NCBI GenBank assembly: GCA_050294405.1
Contig: JBNKOC010000016.1
Span: 64,001-128,000, forward strand
Direction of reading: 5' to 3'
From: Fibrobacteria bacterium
GTDB lineage: Bacteria; Fibrobacterota; Fibrobacteria; UBA11236; JADFYW01
DNA length: 64,000 bases
In this document: piece by piece, positions 40,754 to 51,126 of the stretch
Numbering within the stretch: the first letter of the stretch is position 1
Layout: every line of letters starts with the position of its first letter
Program-made: the position numbers and the translations under genes
Notes under the pieces: model-generated
What the model saw: the letters and a program-made list of their open reading frames with translations, nothing else
Told to the model about the DNA's origin: nothing
Databases searched by the model: none

Positions 40754-40764
40754 ATTTAACAAAC

Positions 40765-41136
40765 ATGCCATTTATATATTATTTCTGCTTCTTAATTCTA
40801 ACTCTGGCGGTTTGGCAATTCCTTAACAAGTCAATTTCAGCAAAACCGGTAAAAGGAATTGTCGCGGTGGGTGTTTTTGCAATAATTAGTTTAGGAGCCG
40901 CCTTTTTAATGAAATTCCATATTAGGCCTTCTTCGAAACCTATGATGGATTTTGCCTTTTATTTCGGAATTAGTTTCATATTAGTTATAGAATCAATTGG
41001 AGCAAGTATAGTATTCGAAGATAGGCTTGCTTTAAAGCTTAAAAAATTTTCCAGATGGATAGTATTATTGATTTCAGTTTTTTTTATTCATTTGCTCAGC
41101 TTTTTTGTCCTTGTTGGACTTTATCCAGGTAGCTAA
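40765..41136 (+). CDS. Small multi-pass membrane protein (candidate immunity)
   Basis: About four hydrophobic segments; starts 11 nt after the effector-like gene. Confidence 0.55.
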   Translation: MPFIYYFCFLILTLAVWQFLNKSISAKPVKGIVAVGVFAIISLGAAFLMKFHIRPSSKPMMDFAFYFGISFILVIESIGASIVFEDRLALKLKKFSRWIVLLISVFFIHLLSFFVLVGLYPGS

Positions 41137-41140
41137 ATAA

Positions 41141-41926
41141 GTGAAAATGAAGTTGATCATACTAATTTTTTTAGCCGGAAACAGCTTTGTCTCTGGAGGC
41201 TCCTTAATAAATTTTAATTCAAATATTAGTTGGGCGAATCAATATTTGGTAATAACTTCTTCGGATACAAATCCAGCTCCCAATTGTAGCAATGAGAAAA
41301 TATTGGAAAGTAAATACTTTTCAAATTTAAAAAACGGGTTTTATGTATGTGTGGGCTACAAATCCAATTATTTAAGTAACTCCGTAAATTATAAAGAACA
41401 GCAGAAATTAAAAAAGTCCTATGTGAAGTTTTCCGGGTTTTTTACAGATACAAACAGCGATTTCACAGGATCAAATGATTTGTGGTTTTTAAAGCAACAC
41501 AATAGCAACTCCTTTTTAGCTGGATATTGGATTCCTCCTGAGAAGGCTAAAAAAGATACGCCTTTGGAGTTGGAACCCATTGGCGAGGTTAGGCTTAAAT
41601 TTTCCCTTGGAAAGCAAATAGTTTGGGACACAAGTTTTACTTCAGCCATAATTCCCGAAGTAAAAATGTACGAACTGGATAGTTCTAACTTTGTATATGA
41701 TTTTAAAAATTATTATCCCGGTGGCAAGAGTGAGGTATTAGCAGTCTTTTCCAATAGCGATTCAATAGTTTTTTACGAAGAACTTTTTTCTGAAGGAGAT
41801 GCCAATAATTTTGAAATATCTGAATTTGTTATTAATGAAAGAGAGGCCTATATAACAAAATCTATTTCAGAAAGTGGGATAGGGAAGTTGGAAAAAAAAG
41901 TTTGGAATGGCAAAACATTCCAGTAA
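41141..41926 (+). CDS. Exported hypothetical protein (candidate immunity)
   Basis: N-terminal signal peptide, AT-rich, co-oriented with 4-nt gap. Confidence 0.6.
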   Translation: MKMKLIILIFLAGNSFVSGGSLINFNSNISWANQYLVITSSDTNPAPNCSNEKILESKYFSNLKNGFYVCVGYKSNYLSNSVNYKEQQKLKKSYVKFSGFFTDTNSDFTGSNDLWFLKQHNSNSFLAGYWIPPEKAKKDTPLELEPIGEVRLKFSLGKQIVWDTSFTSAIIPEVKMYELDSSNFVYDFKNYYPGGKSEVLAVFSNSDSIVFYEELFSEGDANNFEISEFVINEREAYITKSISESGIGKLEKKVWNGKTFQ

Positions 41927-41941
41927 TTTTAAACAGCCTGT

Positions 41942-43186
41942 TTAATGTTTTAAGTTAATTAAAGAATGGGTCAAAATACCATGCGCCACGGCCACATTTA
42001 AGGATTCCATTTCCTTAACCTGGGGTATTTTTACCAATTCATCGCATTGAGAGGCGATTTTTTCATTAAGTCCTGCACCTTCATTTCCCAATACCAAAGC
42101 CACCTTTCTCTTTAGTTTGATGGTGTCTAATGTTACTGAAGAATGAGGGGATGTGCCAACAATAGTAAAGCCTTGCTGCCGTAGAAATTTGATTTTTGCA
42201 GAAAGGTCAACTCCTGCTTCAAAAGAAATTCTCAAAAAAGCGCTAGCTGAGGCTCGAACCACTTTTGGATTATGTACTTCGCAACAGCCTTTACCTAAAA
42301 TTACGGTATCCATTCCTAAAGCTAAGGAACTTCTAAAAATCGCTCCGATATTGCCTGGATCTTGAACTCCATCGAGTAAAGTGGCGAAACGAGCTGTGGA
42401 CCAATTTGGCCTTGGCGTGGAAAAATGGGCTACTCCAATGACGCCTTGCGGGGATTGAACATCGGATAAATGATCTAGTTCCTTTTGAGGCACTATGCGG
42501 TGTAAAACCCGTTGACGTTTAATTAGCTGCAAAAAAGAATTATCGGTAAATGTTTCTGAGATCAATACATCGGCAAAAATACTGGGTGAAATTTCGATTA
42601 TATCGGCAATTAATTTAGGTCCCTCAATTAAAAACTTAGACTCTTGCAGGCGGAATTTTTCTGTTTTTAATTTGGCGTACTTTTTAATGTATCCTGGAAA
42701 ATCAATTTCTTCATCAACCTGGGTGTTTTGGATTTCTCCTGTGAGCTTTTCGGCTTGAAGTCTGCGTTCGGCAAAGGAACGTCTTGGCTTGTTTACCCTG
42801 GAATCGTTTCCAAACCGGGATCTTCTTTCAGAATTAAACTCAGATCTACCTTCTGGGCGAAAGCGCGGTTTGTTACCGCCCCCAAAATTTGATTTTCCTC
42901 TGCTAAAATTTGACTCTCCTTCTGAATTATAACGAGGCTTTTTATCGTAACTTTGAGAAGAATACCCTTCTTTTTTATAGCTGGGTTTTTCGCCCGATTT
43001 ATAATTGTCCCGACCTTCTTTTTTAAACCTGTCTCTTTTTTCAAAATTGCGCGGAGAGCCATCGTCCCCACGGGAGTCTTTTCGAAAATCAGGTTTTCCA
43101 TGGGATTTAAAGCCAGGGCCTTTGCTAAAAGGACGTTTAGGCCCGGATTTTTTGAAGGGCCGTTTAGGGGGGATGTTATTAGGCAT
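41942..43186 (-). CDS. TrmH/SpoU family RNA 2'-O-methyltransferase with long basic N-terminal extension
   Basis: FLIEG, QDPGNIGAIFRS, GNEGAGL, ESLNVAVA. Confidence 0.9.
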   Translation of the reverse strand: MPNNIPPKRPFKKSGPKRPFSKGPGFKSHGKPDFRKDSRGDDGSPRNFEKRDRFKKEGRDNYKSGEKPSYKKEGYSSQSYDKKPRYNSEGESNFSRGKSNFGGGNKPRFRPEGRSEFNSERRSRFGNDSRVNKPRRSFAERRLQAEKLTGEIQNTQVDEEIDFPGYIKKYAKLKTEKFRLQESKFLIEGPKLIADIIEISPSIFADVLISETFTDNSFLQLIKRQRVLHRIVPQKELDHLSDVQSPQGVIGVAHFSTPRPNWSTARFATLLDGVQDPGNIGAIFRSSLALGMDTVILGKGCCEVHNPKVVRASASAFLRISFEAGVDLSAKIKFLRQQGFTIVGTSPHSSVTLDTIKLKRKVALVLGNEGAGLNEKIASQCDELVKIPQVKEMESLNVAVAHGILTHSLINLKH

Positions 43187-43208
43187 TATATTTAAACTCT
43201 TTTAGGTG

Positions 43209-45110
43209 TTATTCCACCATTTTACTATGGCTCACTTTTATCAGCTCCAGAGCTGCTTTATAAATTCCATTTGCATCCATGCCTAGTTCAGCATGGAGTT
43301 CAGGAATAGAACCATGGGTTACAAATTTATCGGGGATACCAACATGTTTTATGGGTACATTGTAAATGCCCAATTTTGACATAAGTTCGGATACGCCACT
43401 TCCAAAGCCGCCCATTACTACATTGTCTTCCACAGTAAGGACGCAGGAATGACGGCTAAATAGTTCTTTGTAGAATTCTTCTGACAGAGGTTTTACAAAT
43501 CTGGCATTAACAATAGTTGAGGAATAGCCTTGTTCTTTCAGCTTAGCTCCCACTTCTGTGGCGTAATGAAGCATGTGGCCTACGGCCACAATAGCAATAT
43601 CATCACCGCTTTCGATGGTTTCCGGTTCTCCAATTTTTAATTTAGCTGCTGGTTTTTCGGGCACACCTAGGATATTTCCTTTTGGAAAACGAAAAGCTAT
43701 AGGGCCATTTTTGTATTCAAGGGCAGTTAGCAACATTGATTTTAAGTCGTTTTCATCTGCGGGGGCCATGATAACCATGTTCGGAATCATCCTGAGGTAA
43801 GATAAATCCATAGCTCCATGGTGTGTGGGGCCGTCCACACCCACCAAACCGGAATGGCTCATGGCAAACACAACATTTAAATTCTGAATGGCTACATCAT
43901 GTATAACTTGGTCAAAAGCCCGTTGCAGGAATGTAGAGTATATGGCGCAAACGGGGGTTATGCCCTCGCAAGCTAATCCAGCAGCAAAGGTTACTGCGTA
44001 TTGTTCGGCGATACCCACATCATATACTTGCTCAGGCAATTCAGATTGCATGGCATCTAACCCAACTCCGTCTGGCATGGCGGCAGTGATGGCGATTATT
44101 TTTGGATCTTTTTTAGCATAGCGCGTTAACTCCTGACCAAATACTTTAGCGAAGGAAGGTATGGTATTGGTGGCCTTGCGAACCCCAGATGAAGGATCAA
44201 AAGGTGTGGAAGCATGCCATTTGTAAGAGTCTTTTTCTGCCAATTGCCAGCCACGGCCTTTTTCGGTAATAACATGGACAATGGATGGCCTGTTTAAATC
44301 TTTTATGTTTTCAAATATTTCTGTAAGCTCAGCAATATTATGGCCATCGATTGGGCCAAAATAGCGGATTCCAATATCCTCAAAAAAACCTCCGGGCAAA
44401 ACCATATGTTTTACACCTTCATCTACTTTGCGCACCAGCTTGCGCAAGCGGTCTGAAAAGTTTTGGGAAAATTTGCCTGTGAGTTCCCACACTTCGTCTT
44501 TCAGTTTGTTGTAAGTGGGATTGGCAATAATTTTGGTAAGATATTTGTGAACCGCTCCCACATTGGGGGCGATAGACATGGTGTTGTCATTGAGCACAAT
44601 GGTTAATTTGCAATCGCTGACTCCTGCATTATTTAAAGCTTCATAGGCCATACCACCGGTTAAGGAGCCATCGCCAATTACAGCCACCACATGGTCGTCT
44701 TTTTTGTTGTGAACCATGGCTCTGGCAAAACCCATAGCAGCGGCAATGGAGGTGGAGGCGTGTCCAGCGCCAAATACATCGTATTCGCTTTCGCTTCTTT
44801 TTAAAAAACCACTGAGCCCACCGTAAGTTTTAAGGCTGTGAAATGAATTATAGCGGCCGGTAATCAGCTTATGGGGATAAGCCTGGTGGCCAACATCCCA
44901 GATAAGCTTATCCGTTGGTGTGTTGTATACCTTGTGTAGCGCTAAAGTCAGTTCCACCGAACCCAGGTTGGAAGCAAAGTGGCCTCCTTTGGTAGATACA
45001 TGCGTTACAATGTAATCCCTGATTTCAGCAGCTAACTGTTCTAATTGTGTGTCGTCCAGGTCCCGAATATCCTGAGGGCCTGAAATTGATTCCAAAATAT
45101 TTCCCATCAC
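43209..45110 (-). CDS. dxs: 1-deoxy-D-xylulose-5-phosphate synthase
   Basis: WDVGHQAY, GDGSLTGG, VGIAEQ, DGPTHHG. Confidence 0.97.
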   Translation of the reverse strand: MMGNILESISGPQDIRDLDDTQLEQLAAEIRDYIVTHVSTKGGHFASNLGSVELTLALHKVYNTPTDKLIWDVGHQAYPHKLITGRYNSFHSLKTYGGLSGFLKRSESEYDVFGAGHASTSIAAAMGFARAMVHNKKDDHVVAVIGDGSLTGGMAYEALNNAGVSDCKLTIVLNDNTMSIAPNVGAVHKYLTKIIANPTYNKLKDEVWELTGKFSQNFSDRLRKLVRKVDEGVKHMVLPGGFFEDIGIRYFGPIDGHNIAELTEIFENIKDLNRPSIVHVITEKGRGWQLAEKDSYKWHASTPFDPSSGVRKATNTIPSFAKVFGQELTRYAKKDPKIIAITAAMPDGVGLDAMQSELPEQVYDVGIAEQYAVTFAAGLACEGITPVCAIYSTFLQRAFDQVIHDVAIQNLNVVFAMSHSGLVGVDGPTHHGAMDLSYLRMIPNMVIMAPADENDLKSMLLTALEYKNGPIAFRFPKGNILGVPEKPAAKLKIGEPETIESGDDIAIVAVGHMLHYATEVGAKLKEQGYSSTIVNARFVKPLSEEFYKELFSRHSCVLTVEDNVVMGGFGSGVSELMSKLGIYNVPIKHVGIPDKFVTHGSIPELHAELGMDANGIYKAALELIKVSHSKMVE

Positions 45111-45120
45111 TATCTCTAAA

Positions 45121-45996
45121 TTAATTTACCCTGAAAACTATAAATTTTGCGAATTCTTCTAAAATTTTTGTCTCCATATTTAGGCTATGGAGAGTTAAAA
45201 TAGCCTCATCCATTAGCTTTTGAGCCCGGATTTTTGATTCTTCCAGCCCTAAGATAGCAGGGTAGGTGGCTTTATTTCTGTCAGAATCAGAACCCGCATC
45301 TTTTCCCAAAGCCTCCGTAGTTTGTTCCACATCCAATATATCGTCTACAATTTGAAAGGCGAGGCCAATTTTTCTGCCATAAAGGCTAAGTTTATCAATG
45401 GTTTCTTTATCGGCTCCGGCCAGTTGCGCCCCAATAGCAATGGATGCTTCAATTAGTCTGGCTGTTTTGTGAATATGGATATATTCTACGGTTTCTTCGG
45501 AAACCCTTTGGCCTTCGGCCAGAATGTCCTCCATTTGCCCGCCAATCATTCCATCAATACCCAGGGCGGAGGCGAGGGTTTCAATGCTTTCCGGGTGGCC
45601 TGTTCTGCTTAAAAGCTGAAAGGCAAGAATACAAAGGGCATCTCCAGCCAAAACAGCGGCTGCCTCTCCAAAAACTTTGTGGTTTGTGGGATTGCCCCGT
45701 CTAAAATCATCATCGTCCATGCAGGGTAAATCGTCGTGGATTAAGGAAAAAGTATGGAGCAGTTCTAATGCGCTGGTGGCCAGGAATATTTTGTCTCCCT
45801 TGCCCTGACAGGCTTCGAAAGAGGCCAAAGCCAGAGCGGGGCGAATGCGCTTTCCCCCTGCGAAAACAGAGTAGCGCATGGACTCACATAGCTTTTTGGC
45901 ATAGCCATTGGGCTGGGGCAGGTGCTCTTCGAGATAATGGTTTACCTTTGAGCTCACCTCTTTTAAATAACTTTCGAATAATCCGGTTTTTATCAT
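45121..45996 (-). CDS. ispA: Farnesyl/geranylgeranyl diphosphate synthase
   Basis: GGKRIRP, HDDLPCMDDDDFRRG, FQIVDD. Start uncertain (ATG 45996 or TTG 46020). Confidence 0.92.
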   Translation of the reverse strand: MIKTGLFESYLKEVSSKVNHYLEEHLPQPNGYAKKLCESMRYSVFAGGKRIRPALALASFEACQGKGDKIFLATSALELLHTFSLIHDDLPCMDDDDFRRGNPTNHKVFGEAAAVLAGDALCILAFQLLSRTGHPESIETLASALGIDGMIGGQMEDILAEGQRVSEETVEYIHIHKTARLIEASIAIGAQLAGADKETIDKLSLYGRKIGLAFQIVDDILDVEQTTEALGKDAGSDSDRNKATYPAILGLEESKIRAQKLMDEAILTLHSLNMETKILEEFAKFIVFRVN

Positions 45997-46109
45997 GGGC
46001 AATTTTCCTAGGGCTATCAAGATAGCAAAAATATGGAATTAATCCTTAAAACAGCCAAAAATAATAATGGCGCTGCCCGGTAAATCAATTTGAAGAATTG
46101 CCGAAAAAT

Positions 46110-46305
46110 CGGTTCTTAGAGTGCTCCGTCGCAGATGGAATCGAAGTGTTTCGAACCTTCCATTCGAAACGTTTAAAGGCCCTCTCCCGGTTAGTACTTC
46201 CCCCTCAAGGAGGGCATGCACGAGGCGAAAGAAAAGCCATTTTGTTTTTTAAGCATCAAGGTCGAGCCACATACAATTCCGCGCGACAGAGCTTTCTAAG
46301 AACCG
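46110..46305 (-). ncRNA. ssrS: 6S RNA
   Basis: Canonical position after zapA; long rod-like fold with closing helices gctctgtcgc/gcgacggagc and cggttcttaga/tctaagaaccg; A-rich central bubble; gtgcatgccc motif. Confidence 0.75.
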
Positions 46306-46598
46306 GTTGCCATTTCCAGAGACTGGCTTAAATTTTTGGCCCGGTTTTCCAAATTCTGGGACATATTTTCCAGGTTTTCCAGTTTGGAACGGGCTTCAAA
46401 AAGTTCACCGGCAATGTTCATGGCTGCTAAAATAGAAACTTTTAGCTTATCTCCATTAAAATGGTTGATATTTAGTTCTTTCACCTTATAATCCACGTAG
46501 CCTGCGATTTTTTCAATTTCACCTTTTGGCACATCGGATTTAATCTGGAATTGCTCCCCGCAGATATTAACTCTATGGGTATGTATCATTTCGCTCAT
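46296..46598 (-). CDS. zapA: Cell division protein ZapA
   Basis: VNICGEQF, IAGYVD-x-K, LAAMNIA-x-EL. Confidence 0.9.
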   Translation of the reverse strand: MSEMIHTHRVNICGEQFQIKSDVPKGEIEKIAGYVDYKVKELNINHFNGDKLKVSILAAMNIAGELFEARSKLENLENMSQNLENRAKNLSQSLEMATGS

Positions 46599-46629
46599 GG
46601 AAACCTGCTTGTGTGAAAGACCTGGCCTA

Positions 46630-47037
46630 TCAAACCATTATTTCATCTAATTTTTTTTCATCAAGCCTGGAAATCAAATTCTGAATTCTTTCTCCAGCCT
46701 TACTTAAATTATCTCTTTTTTCTGAAAATTCGCTCTCTAATTTTTGAATCATTTCTTCTTTTTCCAGAATTTCGTTTTCCAGCTTCTCGATGTCCCCTTC
46801 TTTTCCTCTGATTTTATCTTCAAGAGTTTGAATATATTGTGTTTTTTGAGAAACTTCTTCGTTCAGCTCATTGATGGATTCTTCTTTTGCCGAAATCTGA
46901 AGGTTGAGATTTTCCGAATTTTCAATTTGCCGTTTAACTTCTTCCTGAAGATCTTGGTTTTTGTCTTTGAGCTGACCAATAACATCCAGCGCTAACATTA
47001 CCTTTTCTTCTAATATATCAAATTGTGTGGTTTCCAT
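46630..47037 (-). CDS. ZapB-like coiled-coil protein
   Basis: All coiled coil, FDILEEKV...RIQNLISRL, located between pheT and zapA. GAGGT RBS before ATG 47037. Confidence 0.7.
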   Translation of the reverse strand: METTQFDILEEKVMLALDVIGQLKDKNQDLQEEVKRQIENSENLNLQISAKEESINELNEEVSQKTQYIQTLEDKIRGKEGDIEKLENEILEKEEMIQKLESEFSEKRDNLSKAGERIQNLISRLDEKKLDEIMV

Positions 47038-47178
47038 GTTGTGACCTCGCATTTAGGTGAATACCTATTAATAAATAATCCTGTATATCCCCTGTCAAGT
47101 AAGACTTTGAGCTGGCCCGGGTATTTTACAAACCCATAACACAAAATCTGCCGCATTGGCCTCTAATTTTTTTTGCAA

Positions 47179-49605
47179 CTATTTAAATGATATTTCAGGA
47201 ATCTCGCTTAGCTTATCGGAAATGCGTTTCTGGCTTTTATTGATTTCCTCGTCTTTCAAACTGCGTTCAGGGTGGTTGTAGGTAAAACTGTAATGGAGGG
47301 CCTTTTTATTGTCTCCAATTTCGGAACCTTCGTAAATGGAGTTTAATTTTACTCCTTGCAAAAACTTAGCTTCCCTTAAAGGCATCCAGCTCAATATCTG
47401 TTCATGGCTCACTGTTTTGTCTACTACAATATTCATCTCTCTTGTGGCGCTGGACATGTTGTTGAAGCTCTGAAATTGTTTGGCTTTTATTTTTTGTTCC
47501 AGCAAGAGATTCAAATTGATTTCTCCTACCAGGCATTCTCCTTTTATTTGGAAATTTTTTGCAGCAATGGGGTGCAGGCTCCCCAGTGAGCCAAGAACCT
47601 GGCCATTTACCAAAATTTCTGCGCTTTCTTTGGGATGCAAATATGGCGCATTCGCCGGATATTTAAACTCAGCCTCATAGCCCAGGCTGGCTAAAGCGTT
47701 TTCTACCAGGCCTTTGATGCTGTAAAAATCCACTTCCGAATTTTCTTTTTTCCAGCTAAGGGCCGGCCACTGTCCGCAAAGCACGATTCCCAAAATATCC
47801 TGCTCTATCACTCCGGGGTTTTTGGCATCCCGTTTTTTGGCGTCAGACCAAAATACCTTTCCCAATTCAAAGAGCCTGCAGTCTTTTTGCTGGTTGCGTT
47901 GGTTTCTGGAAACCGATTGCAACAAATTATGCAGGATGTTAATAGGCAAGGTCATTCCCTCTTCACTTAAAGGGTTTTTCAAATAAATAATTTTTTCTTT
48001 TTGTTCCTCTTTGGAATAAAGCAGGCTCTCGCCCTGGTTAGCAGGAGCAAAACGCAGGCTCAAGGCTTCATTTAAACCTGAGGAGGATAAATGGTTTCTG
48101 AGTTTGTTGGAAATCACTTCCAGAGGCGGCAAAAAACCTGTGGCCATGGGAAAGCTTGGCAATATATCGGGTATGTTATTAAAATCATGAAGCCGGGCGA
48201 TTTCTTCAATAAGGTCGATTTCCCGTTCCAAATCCGGGCGGAAGCCAGGGGCAAGGCAAGTATAGGCTTCTTTTGCTTTGTCTGTACCGGTTACCTGCAC
48301 TTCCAGGGCTTCCAACATTCTTTTTATATCTTCCTTGGGAATACTATGGCCTAAAACTTTTTTAACCCGGTCCAACCGAAGACTTATTTCTTTTGGTTTT
48401 ACGGGATGCTGCTTTGATACAAAGGAGCTGGGGCTTTCCGCAATTTTTCCCCCGGCTACATCCACAATTAGATGGGCCAGGTAAGCGCTGACTTGCTCGA
48501 TACCCAAGGGATTGATACCTCTTTCAAAGCGGTAGGAAGAATCAGAAATCAACTGATGCCGTTTGGACTGAGCCCTAATGGTGGCCGGATCGAAATATGC
48601 CACTTCTAAGAGGATATTGCTGGTTGTCTCGTCCACTTTTGTGCTTTCCCCGCCCATAACTCCGGCCAGGCAAACAGGGCCACTGGAATCGGCAATGACC
48701 AAGTCCCGGCTGTCCAACTCCCTGGTCTCTTCATCAAGTGTTTGCAGTTTTTCTGAACTCTTTCCATTGCGGATTATTATTTCAGGGCCATTTAATTTGT
48801 CTAAGTCAAAACTGTGGGAGGGGTGGCCTGTTTCCAATAACACATAATTGGTGAGGTCCACAATGTTATTGATGCTTTTTTGCCCCATGCTTTTTAATGC
48901 GTCCACCAACCACCCAGGGCTTGGACCGACTTTAACACCACTAATAATTTTAGCAGTATACATACTGCAGGCTTCAGGGTTATCCACTTTAATGGAAAAT
49001 GAGTTGGATGGCGTTGCAGCCTCTACCTTTTGAGGAACCGGGTTGTTCATTTTGAGCCCGTAAAAAGCAGCCAATTCTCTGGCAACCCCCAAATGGCAAA
49101 GAGCATCCGGCCGGTTGGGGGTAATGCTAATATCAAAAATAACATCGCACAATCCGGGAAGATTTTTAAGGGGAATTCCCAATGGGGTATTGGCAGGAAG
49201 TTCTATAATTCCATCGTGGGAATCTCCCAATCCGATTTCATCCTCGGCGCAGATCATGCCAAAAGATTCCACTCCCCGGATTTTTGCTTTTTTAATTTTA
49301 AAATTTCCGGGAAGCACCGCTCCTACTTTAGCGAAGATAACCTTTTGGCCCGCAGCTACATTGGGGGCGCCGCAAACAACCTGAAAGCTCTCACTGCCAT
49401 CGTTTACTTTACACAGGGATAATTTTTCCGCATCAGGGTGTTTTTCGCAGGATTCCACATAGGCAGATACCAATAGGGGAGAATCCACTCCCGCAAATTG
49501 GACCTCTTCCACTTCCAATCCTAAATTGGTAAGCACCCGGGAAATTTCCTCGGGGTCCGCATTTACATCCACATATTTTTTGAGCCAATTTAAACTGATT
49601 AACAT
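47179..49605 (-). CDS. pheT: Phenylalanine-tRNA ligase beta subunit
   Basis: VCGAPN, TPNRPD, RFERG, DLIEEIAR. Confidence 0.97.
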   Translation of the reverse strand: MLISLNWLKKYVDVNADPEEISRVLTNLGLEVEEVQFAGVDSPLLVSAYVESCEKHPDAEKLSLCKVNDGSESFQVVCGAPNVAAGQKVIFAKVGAVLPGNFKIKKAKIRGVESFGMICAEDEIGLGDSHDGIIELPANTPLGIPLKNLPGLCDVIFDISITPNRPDALCHLGVARELAAFYGLKMNNPVPQKVEAATPSNSFSIKVDNPEACSMYTAKIISGVKVGPSPGWLVDALKSMGQKSINNIVDLTNYVLLETGHPSHSFDLDKLNGPEIIIRNGKSSEKLQTLDEETRELDSRDLVIADSSGPVCLAGVMGGESTKVDETTSNILLEVAYFDPATIRAQSKRHQLISDSSYRFERGINPLGIEQVSAYLAHLIVDVAGGKIAESPSSFVSKQHPVKPKEISLRLDRVKKVLGHSIPKEDIKRMLEALEVQVTGTDKAKEAYTCLAPGFRPDLEREIDLIEEIARLHDFNNIPDILPSFPMATGFLPPLEVISNKLRNHLSSSGLNEALSLRFAPANQGESLLYSKEEQKEKIIYLKNPLSEEGMTLPINILHNLLQSVSRNQRNQQKDCRLFELGKVFWSDAKKRDAKNPGVIEQDILGIVLCGQWPALSWKKENSEVDFYSIKGLVENALASLGYEAEFKYPANAPYLHPKESAEILVNGQVLGSLGSLHPIAAKNFQIKGECLVGEINLNLLLEQKIKAKQFQSFNNMSSATREMNIVVDKTVSHEQILSWMPLREAKFLQGVKLNSIYEGSEIGDNKKALHYSFTYNHPERSLKDEEINKSQKRISDKLSEIPEISFK

Positions 49606-49615
49606 TGGGATTTAC

Positions 49616-50638
49616 CTAAAACTGTTTTAAAAATCTGTTGTCGTTTCCTGTGAGCAATCCAATTTCAGGAATGCCGTATTTTATCATGGTTATTCGGTCT
49701 ATGCCAAAGCCAAAGGCAAAACCAGAATACACTTCGGGATCGATGCCCACATTTTCAAATACATTTGGGTCTACGCATCCACAGCCGCCAATTTCCAGCC
49801 AACCTGTCTGACTGCAAACTCTACAACCGCTTCCGCCGCAAATAGAGCAGGTTACATCCATTTCTGCGGAGGGTTCTGTAAATGGAAAAAAGCTAGGGCG
49901 AAACCGGATTTTTACCGATTGGCCGAACATATGCCGCACCCAACTGTAAAGCACCGCTTTTAAGTGGGCGAAGGAAATATCCTTGTCCACCACCAGACCC
50001 TCTACTTGTTGGAACATGGGGGCGTGAGATGAATCGCTATCGGCTCGGTATACACATCCAGGAGCAATTACCTTTAAAGGTGGTTTTTTGTTTTCCATAA
50101 CATGGATTTGCACACCGGAAGTTTGGGTTCGGAGTACTACGCCTTCATCCACATAAAAGGTGTCCTGCATGTCACGGGCTGGGTGGTGGGCAGGAATGTT
50201 AAGGGCTTCAAAGTTATACCAGTCCGTTTCCACTTCCCGGCCCTTTTCAATTTCAAATCCCATTTTAAGGAAAAAATCAATGATATCGCCGCGGACCTGA
50301 TTGAGGGGATGTATGCTTCCGGGCAGATTGTTTTTTCCGGGAAGGCTGGTGTCTAAACTGGAGGAGGCGAATTTAGCTTCCAATAGTTTTTCATCCAGTT
50401 TTTTTTGTAATTCGTCTAAAACCTGGGTGGCTTTGTCCCGAAGTTGGTTTACTTTTTCTCCGTAGGCGGGCCGTTCTTCGGGTGTTAAAGTTCCCATGGA
50501 ACGCATAAGGGCCGAAATATCTCCCTTTTTGCCCAAGTATTTTACTTTTAAACTCTTTAAAGCCTCGGAGCTCAGTTCGGATTCCAGTTTTTTGGCTTCG
50601 GCTTCAAAAGCCTCTGATAATTCTTGTATACTACTCAT
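49616..50638 (-). CDS. pheS: Phenylalanine-tRNA ligase alpha subunit
   Basis: HPARDMQDTF, FPFTEPSAE, GFAFGFG. Confidence 0.97.
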   Translation of the reverse strand: MSSIQELSEAFEAEAKKLESELSSEALKSLKVKYLGKKGDISALMRSMGTLTPEERPAYGEKVNQLRDKATQVLDELQKKLDEKLLEAKFASSSLDTSLPGKNNLPGSIHPLNQVRGDIIDFFLKMGFEIEKGREVETDWYNFEALNIPAHHPARDMQDTFYVDEGVVLRTQTSGVQIHVMENKKPPLKVIAPGCVYRADSDSSHAPMFQQVEGLVVDKDISFAHLKAVLYSWVRHMFGQSVKIRFRPSFFPFTEPSAEMDVTCSICGGSGCRVCSQTGWLEIGGCGCVDPNVFENVGIDPEVYSGFAFGFGIDRITMIKYGIPEIGLLTGNDNRFLKQF

Positions 50639-50695
50639 AAGGCCCTTAATTATAATAAAAATGGCGCATAGCCCCTACACATCCTGGGGAAGGAT

Positions 50696-50720
50696 AAAAA
50701 AAGGGAGCCCTAAGGCTCCC
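50696..50720 (-). terminator. Intrinsic terminator after rplT
   Basis: Minus strand GGGAGCC-ttag-GGCTCCC followed by T7. Confidence 0.75.
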
Positions 50721-50756
50721 GCAATATCCAAATGTATGTAAGCAGTAAAATAAAAT

Positions 50757-51107
50757 TTAGGCTGCTTTAGCCAATGAAGCCACCTTTTCAAAGGCTGCTG
50801 CATCGGAAATAGCTAAATCAGAAAGCACTTTTCTGTCCAGCTCCACACCGGCTTTTTTAAGTCCGGCCATTAATCTGGAATAGCTAAGACCCAATTCGCG
50901 GGCTGCTGCATTTATGCGAACAATCCACAATTGGCGAAATTGTGCTTTTTTGTCTTTGCGGCCGATGTATGCATTTTGACCTGCGTGATCCACCGCTTCT
51001 TTAGCTAATCTTAAATTTGATTTTCTTCTTCCATAATAGCCTTTGGCGGCTTTTAAAATTCTTTTGCGCCGGGCTCTGGAGGGTACTCGCGTTTTCGCTC
51101 TTGGCAT
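50757..51107 (-). CDS. rplT: 50S ribosomal protein L20
   Basis: [22 protein letters not shown]. Confidence 0.98.
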   Translation of the reverse strand: MPRAKTRVPSRARRKRILKAAKGYYGRRKSNLRLAKEAVDHAGQNAYIGRKDKKAQFRQLWIVRINAAARELGLSYSRLMAGLKKAGVELDRKVLSDLAISDAAAFEKVASLAKAA

Positions 51108-51126
51108 AATTTACTCCTGAAAAATT

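Noticed and set aside
37496..41926. Prophage endolysin-holin cassette
   Set aside because: No phage structural, terminase or integrase genes; size and architecture fit a secreted effector better.
46039..46331. Short ORFs of 60 and 77 aa
   Set aside because: They overlap the 6S RNA structure and show no protein-like features.
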